Under the pieces are notes generated by a model, which saw nothing but the letters and a program-made list of their open reading frames with translations, made no database searches and had not been told where the DNA came from. A DNA stretch of 64,000 nucleotides from Octopus bimaculoides (Eukaryota): the NCBI RefSeq assembly GCF_001194135.2, contig NC_068988.1:94950659-95014658 (forward strand). Reading direction: 5' to 3'. A program made the translations under genes and the position numbers. Below are positions 53,627 through 64,000 of this stretch, one piece after another. The first letter of the stretch is position 1. Each line of letters opens with the position of its first letter.

Positions 53627-53871
53627 TAATAGGTATGTATGTATGTATGTATGTATGTATGTATGTATGTATGTATGTATGTATGTGTGTGTGTATACGC
53701 ATACATTTTTAACTGCGTATGTGCATCTAAAATTTTTTCACAAGAATTATGAATATATACTCTAAAAACAGTATTGAGTAATCTTTCACTATGATTTACC
53801 CTTTTTTCTTATTATATTTGAACATAAAAATATTAATATATATATATATACACACGCATACATACGTGCAT

Positions 53872-53907
<36 letters not shown>

Positions 53908-54165
53908 TTATGTATATATTTACATATATACTTATATGTATATACATGTATACATATACATAAATAAACGTATATATACACACACATACACGCACGCACA
54001 CAGACAATTAGAGATATATACATAGATAAACATCTGGATCAATCTTATTGTCAATTGTATTTCATACACTAATAATAGAAAAATAAACACACGAGATATA
54101 TATCTACTTTTTATCTCATATTTAGATTAGTTATAATATATATTATTGAGTTTAGTATTAAATAT

Positions 54166-54690
54166 ACTTTCTACTCTAGGCACAGGGCCCGAAATTTTGG
54201 GGGAGGAGCTAGTCGATTAGATCGATCTCAGTACGTAACTGGTACTTAATTTATCGATCCCGAAAGGATGAAAGTCGACCTCGGCAGAATTTGAACTTAA
54301 AACGTAAAAACAGGTGTAATACCGCTAAGCATTTCGTCCAGCGTGGTAATGATTCTGCCAGCTCACCGCCTTTTAAAACTGGTACGATGGTGAGGATACC
54401 AGTTGATTCAATCAATGGAACAGCTTGCTCTTGAAATTAATGTGCAAGTGGCTGGGCACTCCACAGACACGGGTACTCTTAATGTAGTTCTCAGGGATAT
54501 CCAGCCTGACACAGAATGTGACAGGGCCGGCCCATTTGAAATACAGGTACAACTAATTTTACTGATTTTTACCAGCTGAGTGGACTAGAGCAACGTGAAA
54601 TAAAGTGTCTTGCTCAAGGACACAACACGTCACCGGGAATTGAACTCACGTGAGCCGAATAACCCTAACCATTAAGCCACGCGCCTTCAC
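54166..54690 (-). mobile_element. Dimeric SINE (family D unit followed by family C unit) with a 16-bp target-site duplication
   Basis: GTTTAGTATTAAATAT occurs at 54150-54165 and 54691-54706. The D unit spans 54379-54690 and the C unit 54175-54370, each with its own tRNA-like head. Confidence 0.85.
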
Positions 54691-54849
54691 GTTTAGTATT
54701 AAATATTATATTTAAGTTTGATCATTTATGAAAACACAATTCGGTTCCTCAATGTTGGGGAAAATTTGACTTTCTGCTTTTTTTTCCTAATTATTATCAT
54801 TTTTATTATAATTCTTATTATTATTATTATTTGGACGAAACATTATCAT

Positions 54850-55030
54850 ACCGAACAAAATGCTCAGCGTCATTACGTCCGGAATTTCAAATTCCACCAG
54901 TGTTGAGTTTGCCTTTCATCCTTTTGGGGTTGAGAATATAAGAAACACTTGACTTCAGAGGGTTGCTGCAATCGACTTACCCACTCACCCAAAAGTACTG
55001 ACTTTGTGCCAAAATTCAAAACCATTTATT
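54850..55030 (+). mobile_element. SINE family C copy, degenerate
   Basis: TTCAAATTCCACC...TTTGCCTTTCATCCTTTTGGGGTTGA...GCAATCGACTT. Confidence 0.7.
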
Positions 55031-55062
55031 ATAATTTCTTTTTATTATTATTCTAATTATTA

Positions 55063-55138
<76 letters not shown>

Positions 55139-55461
55139 CGAATATTTTAATATTATTGCTAATATTATTTTTGTTGTTATTGTTATTGCGATTATTCCAT
55201 TATTATTTTATGTTCTTGAAGAGAAATATGATACAGAAAACATTTAGGAAGAAAAAGAATTTTAGAAATTTGGATTGCAGAATAACCGACGTGAAATTTA
55301 GCGGGAAAAACATATTTAATTAGTTCATCCTAATACATCCATCATGTATACATGTGTGTGTGTGTGTATGTGTGTGTGTGTGTGTGTATTTGTGTGTGTG
55401 TCAAGCGTATGTTAATTTTCACATATGAATATACATATTGATGTATAATATACACACACAC

Positions 55462-55541
<80 letters not shown>

Positions 55542-55563
55542 ATACACATATATATCAATATCT

Positions 55564-55594
<31 letters not shown>

Positions 55595-55839
55595 TATATA
55601 CAAACGTATACTCACGCATTGTCACATATATTCTCACTCATACAGTGTGTCTGTATGATATCAGTGTATATTTAAGTATATAGTATATCTCTGTATACAT
55701 ACGTGTATGTATATCTATATATAGTTATGCATATATATATTCAAGTACATGCATATTTGTATATATGTATGTGAGTGTGTCTATATATATATACATATGT
55801 ATATGTTTATACATGCCCAATACTGATTGTGTATGTATA

Positions 55840-55874
<35 letters not shown>

Positions 55875-55875
55875 G

Positions 55876-55924
<49 letters not shown>

Positions 55925-55925
55925 G

Positions 55926-55959
<34 letters not shown>

Positions 55960-56107
55960 AATATATATACGTGTGTGTGTTATAACATCTTTAACCCTCT
56001 ATGTAAAAACCAGACTCATCACTTGAAATTGATGATTGATGGAAAAACGAGTTTTGCAGTGAAATTGAAAATCTAGCTGTTTATATTCCAATTACTATAA
56101 CAACACA

Positions 56108-56166
<59 letters not shown>

Positions 56167-56602
56167 AAAAATACATTCAATACTACGGAAGTCTGTAATG
56201 TCTGTTCTCATATACCTATAATATTCTTTCTCAAAGCACAATTTACGACGGAACAACTTGTAGAGATCTGGTTTTCCAGTAATAATTTATAAAACTAACA
56301 ACCGTTTATTAGTCATGTTTTATGTCATTAATTAGTGGAATTAATATTAAAAATTAAAACTAAAGCCAGTTATAATAGGATTAAATATTTTTTTTTCTTT
56401 ATAGTTATATTGAAAAATGAAATTTAATTTGTTTTTACAATATTAACACGAAGGAGTGCGAGAACCAAAAATAAAATAATGAAATAAACGTTTTAAATAT
56501 TTTCTCCTCTTCGTGTTTTTCAGTCAATTTGACTGGATTCACATTAGTTTGTGCTCTTAATTAAATTTTAAATCAAGAATCAAACAACGTTACAGAATGA
56601 TA

Positions 56603-56654
<52 letters not shown>

Positions 56655-56834
56655 CGACGACGACGATGACGATGATGATGATGATGATGACAACGATGAC
56701 GATGATTATGATGATGACGGTAATGCTGGTGATTACTTTTATCATTATTATTAACATTACTATTTTTATTGTGATGATGATGATGATGAAAAGTTTGTTG
56801 TTGTTAGTAGCAATAATAATCCTATTTTCTAATT

Positions 56835-57015
56835 TAAGCACAAGGCCAGCAGTTATGAATGAAGTTAAGCGGATTAGTCGATAGTATCGACCCCGAGCAA
56901 TTGAACGGGACTTTATTATATCGACCGCGAAAAGATGAAAAGAAAAGTTCACAAAATGTAATGATTCCGAAGAAACATAAATGCTCTGACGATGCTGCTA
57001 GTTCATCACCGCCTC
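56835..57015 (-). mobile_element. SINE family C copy, degenerate
   Basis: AGCACAAGGCCAGCA...TAGTCGAT..TATCGACCCC...TATCGACCGCGAAAAGATGAAA. Confidence 0.6.
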
Positions 57016-57451
57016 AGAAATTTGGAGGAGGAACCAGCCTTTAATTCATTGACCCCTGAAACATGAAAGACGCAGATGACCTCAATAATAACAATAATAG
57101 ACGCTAAATCGTTATTATTCGGGATCAACTTTTGTTGGCTATAAGGCCAAACTTTACGTTGGTGTAGACATAGTTGAGAGACATGTATACGAATAAAGGG
57201 GCCCTGAGCTTATAAAAGAAAATAGGGATTCCTAACGAGATTTGAAATTGTATATGGAAGAACAAAATAAATAGGGAGAAATTCAATGAAATATTTAGTT
57301 CGACGCTTCATCGAAGCAACCAGCTAAAGCGATTTATAACATAATCTCCATTATATAAGGTCTACAAAAGATTGAAAACATTTTCATCAAGCGTGACGTA
57401 TGCATTTAAATTATTTAATACATACAACACAAACAGAACACATATACGTAA

Positions 57452-57484
<33 letters not shown>

Positions 57485-57553
57485 TAAACACAAGCATGCA
57501 CATATACAAATAAACACACACAAATAAATATACATACATACATACATATATAC

Positions 57554-57601
<48 letters not shown>

Positions 57602-58710
57602 GCATAAACTTATATATACGCACACATATATATACATACATATACACATATATACACACAAGCATGTACATATACAAATAAACACACGCATAAATAAATA
57701 TGCATACATATATACATATATATATGTATGCATAAAATTATATATATACATACACACACATATATATATATATACACATACATATACACACAGGCATATA
57801 CATATACAAATAATCACACACATGAATACGTATACATATGTCTGTGTGTAAGAGTGTGCATGTGTGTGGGGGGGGGGGTTATGTGTGCGTGTGTATGTGT
57901 GTGTGGGTGCAAAAACTTTTAATCTGTAGAGAAAGGCCTCAGCTATGAGATGCTATTGTTTGAGGGTCACTAAAGCAGGTGAGAGTAAAAGAAGTAGATA
58001 CACCTGACGAGAAACCTCGCTTAATTCCTTGGGAATTCAGTGGACACTAAAGAAAGGCATTCATCTGCGAAATCTAGACAGCAGGCGTAACCATTCATCA
58101 TAGCACGGACAGGCTGTCCCGTCTAAGAATATCGCCAGAATAAGATGGAATTGTCCAATACATATGTAACTGTACGCATCTTACATATGCACATGTATAT
58201 GTGTGTTTGTGCATATATATATACATTTATATATATAAATATATATATTTATATATCTATCTATATATATATATATTGTGTTAATGCTTGTTGTTAAGCC
58301 CACTTATATTAAAAATAATTTTACAATAATCTGAGAGGTTAATCTGTTCTTTTGTAGTCATGTTTATTCTTAAGCAATAATAATGTTGACACTCACTTCG
58401 AAGTTATATATACGAATATATATGAATATATATATATATAAGTATAAGCATCCATTTGTAATTTGCATATATGTGTTTATGCATGTATGGATATATGTGT
58501 GTGTGTACATGTGTGTGGATGATTTGTATATATGCATACATCTGTATACTTTTGTTAACATAAATGTATACAAATATATGCAAATATATGCATATACACG
58601 TAAATATGTATATGTATGCACATATGCCAGTGTATATATATACATGTGTGTGTGTGTGTGCGTGTGTGTGTGTACTATCTGCTTACAGTGAAATCTGTTC
58701 TGTATTCCCT

Positions 58711-58755
<45 letters not shown>

Positions 58756-59719
58756 GTTTAATCCTTTCTCTTCTTTACTTGTTGTGCCTCATTTAGTCGT
58801 ATCAATGTTTGCGAGCAGGATTTCACGTGAATCCTGCTCATCATAAATATTTCTATTAGAGCCATCCATATAAATCTGTTTGTGTGTGCGTGAGTGTGTA
58901 TTTGTGTGTCTGTGTCTTTGTGTGTTGTGTGTGTCTGTGCGTGTAGTTTTGTCGAGTATGTGTTGAAGGAACATAATTATCTACGTAATATCACAAAGTA
59001 CTCGATAAATATATATTAACAATAATTGAGAACATTCAGAGCTAAGCGCAATGGAGGGCATAACAACTATGGAAGACAATAGTTACACGAGTGAGAAAAA
59101 TTTCTTCAAACAAGCACAAATGCGTGTGCGTGTGTATCTGTGTGTGTGTGTGTGTGTGTGTGCATAGTTTTATTTAACATGTGTGTGTATATTTGTACTA
59201 GTCCACATGTGTAGGTTCGTATCTGCCTTAAAATAGGCGATTAAAACTAGAATACGCAAACGTTGCGAAATGTAATAATGATAAGGTGGTGGTGGTGGTG
59301 GTCGTGGTGGTGGTGGTGGTCGTGGTGGTGGAGTCCGTTGGGATATGAACTGAGAAATGCGATACAAAAGCAATGGCTCAGTCAAGATGTTTTTCTAGAT
59401 TCCCTTGGACCCAGCATTTTGTATCTCCAGTAGCGCACTAAGTGGTCAGTTGACCTTCTAGATATAACAGCCAAATCTCATACGCTAATTTCTCTAGAAA
59501 CGGTCTCTGACAAACGGGAATGGTCACGGTTGGAACACATTTGACTACAGGTCTGTAAGATTAAAACTCACCTTTTCCTAAAACACAATAATTAGTAGAA
59601 TAACAGGAATGATTACTTCAATTCGAAATCTTATATCAAATAACTTCATTCACAAATGACAAATAAAGGAGTGAATTTATCTATTTAAATATTATTACTC
59701 ACTCAGGCTGTCTATCTGC

Positions 59720-59801
<82 letters not shown>

Positions 59802-61041
59802 GTCTCTGACTTTTACCTATCTATATATGTAATATGCTATAGCATAATATAATATATGTTATAGAAGTTATATCATATATCATATGTTGTCAATATACAT
59901 AGATACATAATATATATAAATAATAAATATCAATATAAAAAATATACAAAAACATTTATTTATAATATCAATATACTACATACCTATTAAATTTATATAT
60001 AATATGTATAATAAATTTGTTTATTATAATGTATATGTGTGTGTGTGTCTGTGTGTGAATGTGTGTGTGTATGGATTAAATATATATATTAAATACATAA
60101 TGTAAATAAGGTATTAAATACATGTCTTATATGAAATGTATAACATATACGGCAGTATTTATGATATAAATTACTGATAACATGTATTGTGCATTATTAT
60201 AGTTAATATATATCATATATTTATAATATTTAATATATAATTATATCATAAATATTTAACATATATGGCGCATATGTACATTTGTAAATGTGGATGCACC
60301 ATACATACATATATATATATGTATATACGTATATATATATATATATATNNNNNNNNNNNNNNNNNNNNNNNNNNNNNNNNNNNNNNNNNNNNNNNNNNNN
60401 NNNNNNNNNNNNNNNNNNNNNNNNNNNNNNNNNNNNNNNNNNNNNNNNNNNNNNNNNNNNNNNNNNNNNNNNNNNNNNNNNNNNNNNNNNNNNNNNNNNN
60501 NNNNNNNNNNNNNNNNNNNNNNNNNNNNNNNNNNNNNNNNNNNNNNNNNNNNNNNNNNNNNNNNNNNNNNNNNNNNNNNNNNNNNNNNNNNNNNNNNNNN
60601 NNNNNNNNNNNNNNNNNNNNNNNNNNNNNNNNNNNNNNNNNNNNNNNNNNNNNNNNNNNNNNNNNNNNNNNNNNNNNNNNNNNNNNNNNNNNNNNNNNNN
60701 NNNNNNNNNNNNNNNNNNNNNNNNNNNNNNNNNNNNNNNNNNNNNNNNNNNNNNNNNNNNNNNNNNNNNNNNNNNNNNNNNNNNNNNNNNNNNNNNNNNN
60801 NNNNNNNNNNNNNNNNNNNNNNNNNNNNNNNNNNNNNNNNNNNNNNNNNNNNNNNNNNNNNNNNNNNNNNNNNNNNNNNNNNNNNNNNNNNNNNNNNNNN
60901 NNNNNNNNNNNNNNNNNTATATAGTACTCCATATCACCATTTCATTACTGTGTTCTACTTTTATATTTATTCTTATTAATTCATTGTAACAGTTCTATTA
61001 TCATTAATTATAATGTTATCAATTACTGTTATTATTATTAC

Positions 61042-61111
<70 letters not shown>

Positions 61112-61239
61112 ATGCCTTTATTGTAAAGGTTTATATTCTTTACAGAGAAATGCAGTCATTTAGGAAATCAGGCATAAAAACTTTTAAAATTGGATGTTGC
61201 TACATGTGAGTGCCAAACAATATGAATTAAATTGTGAAC

Positions 61240-61301
<62 letters not shown>

Positions 61302-61319
61302 ACTATTTTTATTTTGATA

Positions 61320-61549
61320 TGTGACGCTGGGTGAGCAGAAACGTTAGCGTGTCGAACAAAATGCCCAGTGGTATTTATTCCGACTCATTGCCTCCTAACG
61401 GGGAAGGGGTCATTTCTACGGGGTTCGATGGAATGAAGTACCAGTGAAGTACCTGCTCAATGTAAACGATTAAATCGCTGGCCTTTTGCCAAAATTTTTA
61501 AGAATTATCATTATTATTATTATTATTATCATCATCATCATCATCATCA

Positions 61550-61605
<56 letters not shown>

Positions 61606-62200
61606 TTTATCATTATTAAGTCTAAACAATAATTAACTCTTAACATTTATCTTCTCTCTTTTAGCTATTTCGGTCATTAAACTGCGGTCATGCTGGGGCA
61701 CCGCTTTTAAGAATTTTTAGTCGAATGAATCGACCACACTTACCTATATTTCTTTAAAGTCTAGAACTTACTGTATCGGTTTTTTGCCGAACCGCTAAGC
61801 ACGAGGACTTAATCACTGGAGTGTCGAACAAATAGTCTTGCAGTATTTACAGCGGCTGCTGCTAACACCTTGAACGTGCTGCTTTCATCCTTCCGAAATC
61901 GGTAAAACAAAATACCAGTGATATACTAGGGTCATTGTAGTCGATTAACCGTTCCCTTAAACACCTTACCTATGTTAGAATCAATTATTAATATTTGATC
62001 TCCATCCAAAATATATACTTTTATTGTTTTATTTATTTCATTCAATGGAGAACGACCCACCTGCAGCACCAGCATGAGAGGTTTAATCGGTCGCCACAAA
62101 CCCAGTTCTTATTTTAGGTCTGGTGTTTTCCTGTAGAACTCTTTTTGCTGAAACGCTAGGTTAGAGGGACCTAAATGAACCAACACCAGTAGTTAACCAA
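61320..62200. mobile_element. Cluster of degenerate SINE pieces (family C at about 61320-61500 and 61810-61985; family A tails at about 61660-61810 and 62050-62200) among (TTA)n arrays
   Basis: Recognisable family motifs: TGCGGTCATGCTGGGGCACCGC, TTTTGCCGAACCGCTAAG, CTTTCATCCTTCCGAAATCGGTAAAA. Confidence 0.6.
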
Positions 62201-62746
62201 TAAAAACGCAAAGCACAGACATATATACACACATGTATGCACGTGTGTGTATAGACAAGTATATAAGGTTGTGTGTATGCGTTTCATAATTCTTATTAGC
62301 CTTTCGTTGCTATCATCCGCTTCAATACAAAATTGATAGGAAAATTTCTGTTGAAAGTATTTCTATGCAACATTAATAAACAGTGCAACGAATTGAACTG
62401 GACTGAATTGAAATGTACGGAATATAATAACTGTCATAACAGTTTGCTTTTATACCCAGAGTACACCTCTCTCTTCTTCTCTTAATCTTCTCTCTTTCTC
62501 CTGCCACTCTCGCCCTCTCTCTCTCTTATGAACCTGTCACTAATATTAATATATACACATATGATATAAAATGAATTAAACTCCTGTATTGATTCCGTTT
62601 TCGTATTTATAAATCTATCAATGCCGTCTTGCTTTACTAACAAACCATATTTACATTTTACAGAAATCTCGTAAAATGTTTATCTCTCGCCACATATTTT
62701 GATGAATTTACAAATTGCGGGTGTGTGTCCGTGTGTGCATGCTTGA

Positions 62747-62794
<48 letters not shown>

Positions 62795-63045
62795 ATCACT
62801 ATATAGATAATAAACACACACACATGTATATCCTACGCACAAGGTGCAGGATGTACATGCATACATGATGTGTATATGTGTATGCACTTTAACAGCTGTG
62901 TGTATACAGAGGCAAGTGGACGATAAATAATATACACAGAGGTTAATTACTGATATCCTTCATAATTTTTGCGCCTGAATGAAATACACATTGTTGTTAG
63001 AAGTAACAGTAAACATATGAATAATTTTATGTATGTATGTATATG

Positions 63046-63085
<40 letters not shown>

Positions 63086-63816
63086 GTATATATATATGTA
63101 TATATATATATTTATATTTACATTTATATAAATTTATGTACACATCTACAGATGTATATATGCATATATTTAACGTGTATGAATGTAAATGTATGCGTGT
63201 ATATTTATGTATATATATAATCTTAAATAAGAATATTATTGACAGTGACTTCGAAGTATGGCCAGCGAGGCCATCGTCGTCACTGTCAATAACATTCTTG
63301 TTTAAGACTAAGAAATTCTTACTCTACAAAAGATATGGAGTAAAACATCAGATTAATGTAAAACATCAGATTAATGTAAAACAAACGAACAAACATACGC
63401 GCACACACACAAACACAGACACACACAGACACATATATATATATGCACATAAATATCTACATGTGTGTGTGTGCATATGTGTGTGAGTGCGTGTAAACGA
63501 AAGATCGAATTCCTTTCAAATGTGAAGGGAATTTGGGCGTGACCAGTTAAGTGAGCATCGCGACTTTATGTGAGAAATGAAATAGTGAATCATGGAAAGC
63601 CGAAGAGGAGGGTAGCAGGGATAGTGGCGAAGCATTATGGCTGGAGGCTGAGAGGGGGGTGGCGGGTGGGGTTTTTTGTCGGTGCCTTGGAAGAGAAAAG
63701 AGTTTTAAAGGAAAGGCGAGTTTTGAGCCACTTACGACACTCACACATGTGACGCATGAAATTCAAGTATTAGTATTCAGTAATTCATAGCATGCATGCA
63801 CACACATATATAGAAT

Positions 63817-63863
<47 letters not shown>

Positions 63864-64000
63864 CATGCGTGTGTGTATGTACACAATCACATACACACAC
63901 ATAACAATGATTGATTGAAAGGGTGTATATGTATATATTTGTCCACGTTATGTGTATATATATATATATATGTAAACATGTATGACTATATATATATATA

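Larger units (their letters stand above)
50354..63200. repeat. Region dominated by degenerate (TA)n/(TATG)n/(CA)n low-complexity DNA and assembly gaps
   Basis: Directly visible; the I/Y/X-rich ORFs here are artefacts. Confidence 0.9.

Noticed and set aside
57993-58020. CTGACGAGAAAC as a hammerhead
   Set aside because: There is no room for stem II and no stem I.
63645-63680. G-quadruplex or Z-DNA motifs (also the (CG)/(CA) tracts)
   Set aside because: Only three full G3 runs are present, and such tracts are ubiquitous in this background.

Overview
This is a 64-kb window of AT-rich, repeat-saturated animal genomic DNA from a gapped short-read scaffold (14 N-gaps, about 4.8 kb, most abutting (TA)n). 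The microsatellite load and SINE families suggest a cephalopod (Octopus-like) genome; this is an inference, not a database result. I found no intact protein-coding gene, rRNA, tRNA gene or CRISPR array, and nearly all ORF-track entries are microsatellite or N translations. The window contains decayed fragments of R4/Dong, HERO-like (R2 superfamily), CR1-type, Tx1/L1-like and possibly RTE-like LINEs, two mariner transposase remnants, several tRNA-derived SINE families, MITE-like inverted-repeat elements, and a few unverified candidate host exons. The most interesting signal is a set of minimal type I hammerhead-ribozyme motifs (8575-8622 on +; 10828-10870 and 47858-47900 on -; half-motifs at 48817-49176), some inside short inverted-repeat elements. 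These suggest non-autonomous Penelope-like or retrozyme-like elements. Also notable are a dimeric SINE bounded by a 16-bp target-site duplication, an internal LINE fragment bounded by an 18-bp duplication, and Dong-like and non-coding elements associated with (TAA)n arrays.
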